From Nitrososphaerota archaeon (GTDB taxonomy: Archaea; Thermoproteota; Nitrososphaeria; Nitrososphaerales; UBA57), in assembly GCA_016871995.1 (NCBI GenBank), contig VHBL01000007.1, forward strand, positions 695 to 32,694: a stretch of DNA of 32,000 nucleotides, in the 5' to 3' direction. Position 1 is the first letter of the stretch, and each line of letters starts with the position of its first letter. Below the pieces are notes generated by a model, which was not told where the DNA came from, searched no databases, and worked only from the letters and a program-made list of their open reading frames with translations. The position numbers and the translations under genes were made by a program. Shown piece after piece: positions 7,028 to 14,367 of this stretch.

Positions 7028-7990
7028 ATGGATAACGCTCTAATTAACAAAATTGAAGGCTCTCTTCTAAAATTAAGAATGTATCAAGCGCAGAGAACTC
7101 TCAGCATAGAAAAATATTGGCAAATGACATCTTTTACAAAGTTAAGGAGTCGGTTCTCGGAAAAATATGCTTATGCTAACAGATACGATTGTTCGGCTTT
7201 CATGTTAGACTTTTGGAATAAAAAATGCCTTGAACTAGAAAAGAGATTCCTTCCATACCCCCCCTTTTCTTTTCTAAGGGACAAGACAATCAGAGCCACA
7301 ATGAATATATCTGAAGGTTATGCTTTCTGGCTCTTACAAAAGTATCTCCAATTCCTAGAAACGAGACTTTCTGAAGATTACCTATCGAATATGCTTCAAG
7401 AAGATTATGTTGGAGAGCAAATCATTCTTAATTCAAAATACATGACTTCGTATGAAACTGTCCAGCATCTTTATCACTTCTTAAAATTAGCTGATTTTGG
7501 ATGCAAAATAGATGATGTATCAAGCGTTGTAGAATGGGGAGGAGGATATGGTGATATGGCGAAGCTTTTTGTCAGAATGAACTCAAATAGAAACGTCAGC
7601 TATACAATAATAGATATTCCCATAATGTCCTGCCTTCAATGGCTTTATCTTTCAAGTATTTTTGGTGAAGGGAAGGTTAAGATTATCCAAGACAGAGGTG
7701 AGCGAATTGATAACGGGAAAATAAATTTGCTTCCTATATCTCTGGTTGAAAAATGCGATATTAACGCTGATCTATTCATATCTACATGGGCTTTAAGCGA
7801 ATGTACTAATTATGCTCAAGATTACGTGGTCAATAAGAACTGGTTCAACGCTAGAAACATCTTGCTCGCCTATCAATATAACACTTCAGAGGTTCCAAAT
7901 GCTGAAAGGTTAGGCAGGTTAGCAGAGCAAAGTGGAGCAAATGTGCAAGAAATGGAGATAGTGCCAAGACATCATTATGCTTTTCGGTAA
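7028..7990 (+). CDS. Class I SAM-dependent methyltransferase (possibly sugar/small-molecule O-methyltransferase-like)
   Basis: Glycine-rich SAM-binding motif VVEWGGGYGDMAKLF followed by an acidic-loop pattern (YTIIDIP). No DNA-MTase (D/S)PPY motif. The gene is visibly AT-rich. Confidence 0.55.
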   Translation: MDNALINKIEGSLLKLRMYQAQRTLSIEKYWQMTSFTKLRSRFSEKYAYANRYDCSAFMLDFWNKKCLELEKRFLPYPPFSFLRDKTIRATMNISEGYAFWLLQKYLQFLETRLSEDYLSNMLQEDYVGEQIILNSKYMTSYETVQHLYHFLKLADFGCKIDDVSSVVEWGGGYGDMAKLFVRMNSNRNVSYTIIDIPIMSCLQWLYLSSIFGEGKVKIIQDRGERIDNGKINLLPISLVEKCDINADLFISTWALSECTNYAQDYVVNKNWFNARNILLAYQYNTSEVPNAERLGRLAEQSGANVQEMEIVPRHHYAFR

Positions 7991-8077
7991 CGGGGTTCAA
8001 TTTAGGCTATTTCTACCACATGGTAAATATTGAATGTATAAATCTAATTAGAAGGCAGAAGATAGTACCTGTTAATA

Positions 8078-8134
8078 ATGGGACTGATGGGATTGGTGGA
8101 AATCCCGAACAACCTGCTAGGTAGATTTAATTAA
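8078..8134 (+). CDS. Candidate micro-ORF A2, 18 aa (MGLMGLVEIPNNLLGRFN)
   Basis: See A1. Confidence 0.3.
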   Translation: MGLMGLVEIPNNLLGRFN

Positions 8135-8252
8135 TTAGTTATGGTGGGACAATCAAACTATTCTAAAGTTAACCGAAGCTCTGTCAATGATTGATGTTGA
8201 TGATGTTGACGAAGGGGACGATGATGCCGGTCTATAGATATATTATTTCTAT
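8105..8252 (+). repeat. Duplicated intergenic module, copy 2
   Basis: Same direct repeat as 6809-6966, with several indels. The two copies bracket the methyltransferase gene. Confidence 0.9.
8187..8237 (+). CDS. Candidate micro-ORF B2, 16 aa acidic peptide (MIDVDDVDEGDDDAGL)
   Basis: See B1. Confidence 0.3.
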   Translation: MIDVDDVDEGDDDAGL

Positions 8253-8437
8253 GCTGATAATAGTTTGATTAGTTAACTTAGTGCAAAGTCCCTAGTATAG
8301 TCAGGCTCAAACCCTAGCTGACAAAGGCATGTTTCGGCATGGGTCCCCCTAGCCAAACAAAGAGGAAATTGGTTAACTCTTATTCAATATTCTCCTAGAA
8401 ACTTAACTTTAATAACCTGCAGGGACTATATCAAATC

Positions 8438-9052
8438 ATGCAAAGTCATTTAGTTTTGAAGGGAGCAGAAGAGCTGATTAAGGAAGAGCTAGGGGATAAT
8501 CCTGCTCAGGATCAGAAGGTCAAGGTTTATGCTTCTCATTTAGCAGATAGATGCACTCAGTTATCAGGGGAAACATGGACTTCTAAGAACTGCACAAACT
8601 CTTTGCGATCTTACGGGCTTTGGGATAGCGAACGGTTTCCAACTTTGCAGGGGAAATACGGCTTCTACGTTTTAGTTTCTTTGAATGACCTAAAGCAATT
8701 GAACCTCTGGGAGTGCTATGTATGCAATAGCAGGATCGTCAAAGGTCAGGGTAATGTTTGGCCTCATATCTTTGAATGTTGGGTAGAAGGGGTTTCCTGC
8801 TCTAATTTATATTGTAATACCGTTGTTAAATCCTATGAAGAGGTACTTGAACATGAAAAAAATTGTCAGGTTTCTTTTATACCCTATAACTATGGTAGTT
8901 GCCCTGCCTGCAATGCGAAAATAAAACTATCAGAAATCAGAAGGCATGTCAATCAATGCAAAGATATCTTATCATGGGAGGAGCCTGAGCAACCTAGCAC
9001 AAAGGAAACAGAAACCCCTAGCATAATCGAAGTTAAGAATGAAGCGCCCTAG
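8438..9052 (+). CDS. Cysteine-rich protein with three CCHC zinc-finger motifs
   Basis: CYVCNSRIVKGQGNVWPHIFEC (C-x2-C-x13-H-x3-C), CSNLYCNTVVKSYEEVLEHEKNC (C-x4-C-x12-H-x3-C) and CPACNAKIKLSEIRRHVNQC (C-x2-C-x11-H-x3-C). Confidence 0.6.
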   Translation: MQSHLVLKGAEELIKEELGDNPAQDQKVKVYASHLADRCTQLSGETWTSKNCTNSLRSYGLWDSERFPTLQGKYGFYVLVSLNDLKQLNLWECYVCNSRIVKGQGNVWPHIFECWVEGVSCSNLYCNTVVKSYEEVLEHEKNCQVSFIPYNYGSCPACNAKIKLSEIRRHVNQCKDILSWEEPEQPSTKETETPSIIEVKNEAP

Positions 9053-9275
9053 AAGAGTCAATCAGGATCTTCTAGCCATAATGCAAAGGTACGGGATTAG
9101 TGAAGATGGTGAAGTTAGTGAAGGCAGTGAAGGTAAAAAACACCCCCCATTATTTCCAGAAGTTCGTCAATTAACTAATAAAGATTCGTCAGAAAAAACA
9201 GGGGAGGCTCTGGGAAGTTCACCACCTTCACCAAGTTCAGTAACTTCAGTAGATAAAGTCAGGAAGGCAGTTTGA
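9039..9275 (+). CDS. Hypothetical low-complexity (S/E/P-rich) protein, doubtful
   Basis: This is an ORF only. It overlaps the upstream gene by 14 nt and the convergent integrase 3' end by 17 nt. Confidence 0.2.
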   Translation: MKRPRRVNQDLLAIMQRYGISEDGEVSEGSEGKKHPPLFPEVRQLTNKDSSEKTGEALGSSPPSPSSVTSVDKVRKAV

Positions 9276-10578
9276 TGATCGCTTTATCGTTAGGGATATG
9301 CGTTGCAAATTCCCAACCCTGCAATATGTAATTCTCCAATTCGTTAAGAGGAATAACCTTCTGCCTTGATCCATTACCCGTTAACATCTCTCTGTACTTC
9401 TTAGCGATAAGCTCCTGAAACTCTTTGCTAGTTATGTTTGCCAAATCTAGTTTAGCGATCTCCCCTTCTGAATAACCTAAATCTGCCAATAGAGCAGCTC
9501 TAAACCCTCCTCTAACATCTTGCTGAGAGCTGATAACCCTAGTCTGCAAATATTCCTTTGAAGCTTTAGCATAGGAAGCTCTCATATCCTCTATTACGCT
9601 CTCAGGTAGTTTGTGCTTATTCGTTGTGTACCTAGCTTCGATATCCCCTTTATGTCCCATGAAAAAGACCCTATAATCTCTTAGAATGAGGCCCTTACTC
9701 TCAGCTAACATCATTTCAGTATCAAAATAACTTCTTAGAACATAGGGCCTCCATGAAAAACCTGCTTCCCTTATGGGACCTCTGAGAGCATCACCAATAT
9801 TGTTAGACCTGATAAACGGCCTGTCAGCTGCTTTGAATGTTGGTGATTTCGCTTTAATGAGAGGGGACTCTGGATCGAATTTACTAGTACCATTCCCCCT
9901 TAACCTGCTCTCAAGATAGTCTTTGAGATATTCGCAAGCCTCTTCATTCAGGAAGCTAAAGTATTGATGTCTTGCTTTGCTAAGTTGCGATCTGACAATA
10001 ACCCTAGCAGGAATAACCGTAAAATTGACCTCTGACCCCTTGATCTCAAGCTCAGGAATATCCATAACTCTGAGTCCGTCAGAGCCGTCATAATTGCCAA
10101 TACTTTCAAGCCTAAGGCCTGCAAAGCACACTAAGGAGGCCGTTGTCTTAACCTTCGGATCGGCAAAGGATAGTATCTTAACCAATTCCTTCTGAGTTGG
10201 GACTCTCTCTTCCTTCAGTGAAGGGGTTTCGTCAGCTCCTTTGACCTTGATTTTTCTTTTAACTTCAATCCCATGATGAGAGAGCCATGACTTTACATTC
10301 TTTAACCTGCTTTCAACATAAGAGCCTGCATATTTCTGCCTCTCCATAGAGCTGACATAATCCATAAGGAGATTATAGAGGTCCTGCTCATTCAGCTTCA
10401 AAAGGTCTTTAGGTTGCTTTCTAACATTCTGACAGAAGTTTCCTAGTCCACGAAGATAAACGTCAGCTGTTGTTATTGCACCCCTAGCAACATTCTCATA
10501 CCATCTTTTGATATCAGGGTCTTTAAGGAGGGCTTGATGTTCACCTTTGCCTTTTTCCCTATACTTCCCCTTAGCCAT
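9259..10578 (-). CDS. int: Tyrosine recombinase/integrase (intact, pNOB8-type arrangement)
   Basis: Catalytic-type motifs FAGLRLESIGN (Arg), YVLRSYFDT (Arg) and GHKGDIEARYT (His...Tyr). The start is set at MAKGKYREKGK (10578) because the 32 upstream codons of the track ORF are read-through of the tRNA gene. Confidence 0.85.
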   Translation of the reverse strand: MAKGKYREKGKGEHQALLKDPDIKRWYENVARGAITTADVYLRGLGNFCQNVRKQPKDLLKLNEQDLYNLLMDYVSSMERQKYAGSYVESRLKNVKSWLSHHGIEVKRKIKVKGADETPSLKEERVPTQKELVKILSFADPKVKTTASLVCFAGLRLESIGNYDGSDGLRVMDIPELEIKGSEVNFTVIPARVIVRSQLSKARHQYFSFLNEEACEYLKDYLESRLRGNGTSKFDPESPLIKAKSPTFKAADRPFIRSNNIGDALRGPIREAGFSWRPYVLRSYFDTEMMLAESKGLILRDYRVFFMGHKGDIEARYTTNKHKLPESVIEDMRASYAKASKEYLQTRVISSQQDVRGGFRAALLADLGYSEGEIAKLDLANITSKEFQELIAKKYREMLTGNGSRQKVIPLNELENYILQGWEFATHIPNDKAIIKLPS

Positions 10579-10632
10579 AACACTAAGTCTAAAAGATTGC
10601 ACTAGATAAGGGTATCTGAACCCGTTTATAGA

Positions 10633-10644
10633 TGGACCGGGAGG
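10633..10644. repeat. att core, tRNA-proximal copy (3' acceptor strand plus discriminator of tRNA-Ala)
   Basis: Same 12-mer as 1564-1575. Confidence 0.7.
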
Positions 10645-10706
10645 GATTCGAACCCTCGACCCCCACCATGCCAAAGTGGTATCCTACCAGGCTAGACGAC
10701 CGGCCC
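10633..10706 (-). tRNA. tRNA-Ala (anticodon GGC)
   Basis: Manual cloverleaf: acceptor GGGCCGG/CCGGTCC with the alanine identity pair G3:U70, anticodon arm CCACT-TTGGCAT-GGTGG, T arm GAGGG-TTCGAAT-CCCTC, discriminator A. Length 74 nt. Confidence 0.9.
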
Positions 10707-10820
10707 ATGTTCAGAAAGTGATCTTAAAGCGCGTTTTGGAGTCCTTATTTGGTTTTTCTAATCCAATCGAAACTTAGCCCTAGTGTAGTTGTACATTTTT
10801 GACTGCAAATAAGATTAATT

Positions 10821-11180
10821 ATGCGGTACCCAATTGGTGAGACCATGACCGAACGAAGAGAGATCCCTGTCAAGATGAGATATTCAGACAAGTTCAGCAG
10901 CATTTATGCGACTGGCGCAGTTGGAGGCTTCAACGGCTATGATTTTCGCATAGCGTTTTTTGTCGATAGAGTTATCCATGCAGAAGATCCGAGCATGCTC
11001 CCTACTGGAGTCAGGGAGATTCAAACGGAGGTTCTGCTTTCGCTCAGGGCTGCAAAAGAACTTAGGGACTGGCTTGATGCCAATGTCAGGGAGATAGAGA
11101 AATCGATGGGCGAGATTAAGAAACCCGAAGAGGGCCAGCCTGTAAGGGCCGTTGACAGCACAACAAAGCCGTATGCATAA
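10821..11180 (+). CDS. Small protein, DUF3467-like (uncertain family assignment)
   Basis: The pattern SSIYATGAVGGFNGYDFRIAFFVD resembles the DUF3467 core as I remember it. Its stop overlaps the helicase start (TAATG). Confidence 0.5.
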   Translation: MRYPIGETMTERREIPVKMRYSDKFSSIYATGAVGGFNGYDFRIAFFVDRVIHAEDPSMLPTGVREIQTEVLLSLRAAKELRDWLDANVREIEKSMGEIKKPEEGQPVRAVDSTTKPYA

Positions 11181-13753
11181 TGCTCCAAAGGTACCGCTGC
11201 CCACAGTGCAAATCAAAACTAGAAATTAGGAGGCTCTTTGACCTAAGGTATCTCCTGAACTGCTCGAAATGTGGCATCTCTGCTATCGTGCTCCCCCCTA
11301 TTGATAGTCAGGATGAAGCCTACCTTTCTTTCCTTGGCTCCTATGACAGAAGAGAACTATCAAATGATCTAAAATACCAAGAGGTTCTGCAGCAAGAAAA
11401 AGTTGTACGCAAAGAAGAAGACATTCGAAGGCTAGTAGAGGATGCTGGAACAACCCTGGACAGAATTCCTGCACCACTCCGAGACGCCCTTTTTTCAAAG
11501 AATGATTATGTTGTAAATTATAGGATATTCGAGCCACAGGAGCCGAAATTAGGCTGCAGGCCAGAAGAGATTCCTTCAATCGTGCCTCTATCTCCTTCCC
11601 TTAAAGACGCAGGGATTGACAGGTTCTACAAGTTTCAGGAAGAATCGTGCAAAGAGGTCTTGGAAGGGAAGAATGTAGTCATAGTGGCTCCAACGGGAGC
11701 AGGAAAAACGGAAGCTTTCGCCTGCCCAATAATAGCCAAGGTACACCAAGAGGTTTCAGAAGCAAAATTAGCAGGAATGGTAAGAAAGCGTGTCAGAGCT
11801 TTATTCATTTATCCCACAAAGGCACTAACAAGGGATCAAGTTCCCAAGATACAAAACCTTGCAGCTCCTCTTGGAGTAAGGACTGCCATATTTGACGGAG
11901 ATACTCCAAAGATAGAGAGGGACAGGATAATTGAAGAGCCTCCAGACATTCTAGCAACTAATTTCGATACAATACATGCTCACCTAATGAACAGGACAAA
12001 ACTCTCCTTCATGCTAAGAAGCGTAAGGTACCTTGTCGTCGATGAGATCCACTCGTACTCAGGCACCTTTGGCACCAATGTATACTTTATACTAAAAAGA
12101 TTGGAAAGGGTTTGCGGAGGATTCCAATGGGTGGCAGCCTCAGCGACGATAGAGAATCCAAAGGAGTTTACCCAGCAACTATTTGGCGAGGAGTCAGAGC
12201 TTATCGAATCAGGTCAGCTGCGACGCAGCAGAATGCACTTCACAATGCTCTTCCCAAGTCTCCGCTCACATAGGTCGCTAGCCCTTGACCTTGTGGAAAA
12301 GACTGCAAAGAGTAACTATGGCACGATAGTGTTTTCGTCATCGCATTTAGGCACAGAATTAACTGCCTTCTACGGCCGAAAAAAAGGAATCAACATCGCT
12401 GTTCACAGGGCAGGTCTGCTGGCAAGTTTCAGAAAGACGGTAGAGGAGAACTTCAAGAAAGGTCTGCTAACAGCAATAGCAGCGACGCCTACACTTGAAC
12501 TTGGCATAGATATTGGCAGAGTGGATGCTGTAGTTTCAGACCTTGTCCCTGTAACAAGATTGATACAGAGGACAGGTAGAGCTGGGAGGAGAGGACAAGA
12601 GAGTCTGGCATTTTTGGTGCTCAGGGATAGCGACCCCATAAGCCAGTATTACAAGAACCACCCAGAGGATTATTTTGATGACGTAGAGCCTGGTTATATC
12701 GATCCCTTTAACCCTGTAATTGCTGACTTTCACCTCCTTGCAGCTTCGCTTGATGAGCCTTTGAAATCCAGTGAATTTGCAGAATACGTAGGTAATCTTG
12801 AAAGACTACAAAAGTCCTTTTTGCTCAAGGAAATCCGCGGTAGATTATTCCCAGATTACAAGGAAGTCAGAAAGCTCCTGCAGAAATACGACATAAGGGG
12901 AATCGGTGAGAGTGTAGCGATAAGATTTGCAAACAAGACGATCGGAGAAAGGAATATGCCTCTGGCAATGGAGGAGCTTCACAAAGATGCTATCTATTTC
13001 CTTGCTGGCACACGTTATCGGTCGAAGAAGTTTGAATTCAATGGAGGAGCAGGTTATGCAGAGGTTGAACGCATATCCCCAAACTATCCATACTACACTA
13101 AGGCCCTGCTGGACGAATGGCCAACGGTAACGCAGGTCTTTGAAACCAAGAGCGTGAAGGATATCGAGGTTTCTTACTGCAATCTGCTGATAGAGAAGAA
13201 GGTTGTTGGCTATGTGAATATAGAAATCGGGAAGGAACTTGCGAGGGGGGAGAGAGTAATGCTAGAGGATCCTTTGTCGTACAAATTTGCGACAAAAGGC
13301 TTCGTCTTTAGAGCGCCAATGCCTAAGAATGCTCTGGAGAATGCCGAGGAAGAGGAAGTTGACAAGACCGCCATGAGCGCATTTCACGCAACTGAGCACG
13401 TCATAATTGAAGGCTCTAATATGATTACTGGAGGGGCATCGCAAGACATGGGAGGGATTTCGCTAGGCACTTCTGGTCTTATCTTCGTCCACGACGGGAC
13501 TCCTGGCGGGAATGGCGCATCAAAAGCACTGTACGACAGGCTCGATAAGGCATATGAGCGAGGGTTAAAGATTCTTTCAGAATGTCAGTGTACTTCCATC
13601 AGTGGATGCCCAAGGTGCACCTATTCGTACAGATGCGGCAATAACAACGAGTTTCTGCACAAACTTGCAGCCAAGGAGGTGCTGGAAAGAATATTGGATG
13701 GGGAAACTACCAACATTATTGAGCCTATGCTAGGTGAGAAGGCCATAGTCTAG
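11180..13753 (+). CDS. COG1205-type DEAD/DEAH-box helicase with C-terminal DUF1998 (MrfA/YprA-like) Zn-cluster domain
   Basis: N-terminal Zn ribbon CPQCKS...CSKCG. Motif I APTGAGKTEAF, II VVDEIHSYSG, III SATIENP, VI QRTGRAGRRGQ. DUF1998 signatures FHATEHVI and CQCTSISGCPRCTYSYRCGNNNEFL. Confidence 0.9.
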   Translation: MLQRYRCPQCKSKLEIRRLFDLRYLLNCSKCGISAIVLPPIDSQDEAYLSFLGSYDRRELSNDLKYQEVLQQEKVVRKEEDIRRLVEDAGTTLDRIPAPLRDALFSKNDYVVNYRIFEPQEPKLGCRPEEIPSIVPLSPSLKDAGIDRFYKFQEESCKEVLEGKNVVIVAPTGAGKTEAFACPIIAKVHQEVSEAKLAGMVRKRVRALFIYPTKALTRDQVPKIQNLAAPLGVRTAIFDGDTPKIERDRIIEEPPDILATNFDTIHAHLMNRTKLSFMLRSVRYLVVDEIHSYSGTFGTNVYFILKRLERVCGGFQWVAASATIENPKEFTQQLFGEESELIESGQLRRSRMHFTMLFPSLRSHRSLALDLVEKTAKSNYGTIVFSSSHLGTELTAFYGRKKGINIAVHRAGLLASFRKTVEENFKKGLLTAIAATPTLELGIDIGRVDAVVSDLVPVTRLIQRTGRAGRRGQESLAFLVLRDSDPISQYYKNHPEDYFDDVEPGYIDPFNPVIADFHLLAASLDEPLKSSEFAEYVGNLERLQKSFLLKEIRGRLFPDYKEVRKLLQKYDIRGIGESVAIRFANKTIGERNMPLAMEELHKDAIYFLAGTRYRSKKFEFNGGAGYAEVERISPNYPYYTKALLDEWPTVTQVFETKSVKDIEVSYCNLLIEKKVVGYVNIEIGKELARGERVMLEDPLSYKFATKGFVFRAPMPKNALENAEEEEVDKTAMSAFHATEHVIIEGSNMITGGASQDMGGISLGTSGLIFVHDGTPGGNGASKALYDRLDKAYERGLKILSECQCTSISGCPRCTYSYRCGNNNEFLHKLAAKEVLERILDGETTNIIEPMLGEKAIV

Positions 13754-13803
13754 CAATGCAGGGTTTAGAAGGATTAATATGTAACTTTGAAATTAACGCA
13801 ATC

Positions 13804-14094
13804 ATGTCCCTCTTCATAAGGCTACTGAGGTTCACGCCAGAAGGTGCCAAGGGGCTGAAACAGTTTGCTGCAAGGCGGGCAGAGTTTGCAAAATCGGCCA
13901 GCAAGCTAGGTATCAAAGTTGTTGGAGAATATGTCACCACAGGTAGATACGACCTGATAACCATCCTTGACGCTCCAAATCTTGATGCAGTGCTAAAGCT
14001 GAGCGCAAAGGTTGCAGCTACTGGAAGGACGACGTCAGAAACACTGTCTGCCGTGACTGCTAAGCAGTTCGAGAAACTCGCAAAGTCTGCTTGA
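13804..14094 (+). CDS. GYD-domain protein
   Basis: MSLFIRLLRFTPEGAKG...VGEYVTTGRYDLITILDAPN carries the (G)RYD signature and the protein is ~96 aa. This is the internal ATG of track ORF 13756-14094. Confidence 0.7.
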   Translation: MSLFIRLLRFTPEGAKGLKQFAARRAEFAKSASKLGIKVVGEYVTTGRYDLITILDAPNLDAVLKLSAKVAATGRTTSETLSAVTAKQFEKLAKSA

Positions 14095-14095
14095 T

Positions 14096-14290
14096 CTACT
14101 TTAGCTTGGCGTACAAGGTTACAAAGCCAGAGACTATCATTGTAATTGCTATAAAATAGAATACTGGAGAAACCTGCGGAGCTACCGGAGAAGTTGCTGT
14201 AAGCGCAACCAATATGGCCCCTAATACTAAGAACATCAAGCCTACAAATTTCACTAATGTGTTAAGGCGTTTTTCAACTATACTTGACAT
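14096..14290 (-). CDS. Small two-TM membrane protein (hypothetical)
   Basis: A 64-aa ORF with two hydrophobic helices. No recognisable family. Confidence 0.35.
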   Translation of the reverse strand: MSSIVEKRLNTLVKFVGLMFLVLGAILVALTATSPVAPQVSPVFYFIAITMIVSGFVTLYAKLK

Positions 14291-14367
14291 TTTTTGACAG
14301 ATAGGCTACACTGGATGCTATATTTAACATTGCTTGCCAAGACACAATCTTAAATTCCAACATTCTG

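Larger units (their letters stand above)
1564..10644. mobile_element. Integrated ~9.1-kb element (pNOB8-type integrase, prim-pol/SF3-helicase replicon) inserted at the 3' end of tRNA-Ala
   Basis: The 12-bp direct repeat TGGACCGGGAGG occurs at 1564-1575 and 10633-10644. An integrase lies next to the tRNA. Gene content is plasmid/virus-like. The element sits between a chromosomal gene and the tRNA. Confidence 0.8.

Noticed and set aside
8187-8257. Possible C/D-box sRNA in repeat copy 2 (TGATGA at 8198, CTGA at 8254, about 56 nt apart)
   Set aside because: The box sequences are not conserved in copy 1 (TGACGA and no CTGA), and no D'/C' pair is in the correct order.
10579-10674. N-terminal 32 codons of the 471-aa integrase ORF (MAWWGSRVRIPPGPS...)
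   Set aside because: This stretch is the tRNA-Ala gene and its flank read in an open frame. The sequence is not integrase-like, and a good ATG (MAKGKYREKGK) follows at 10578.
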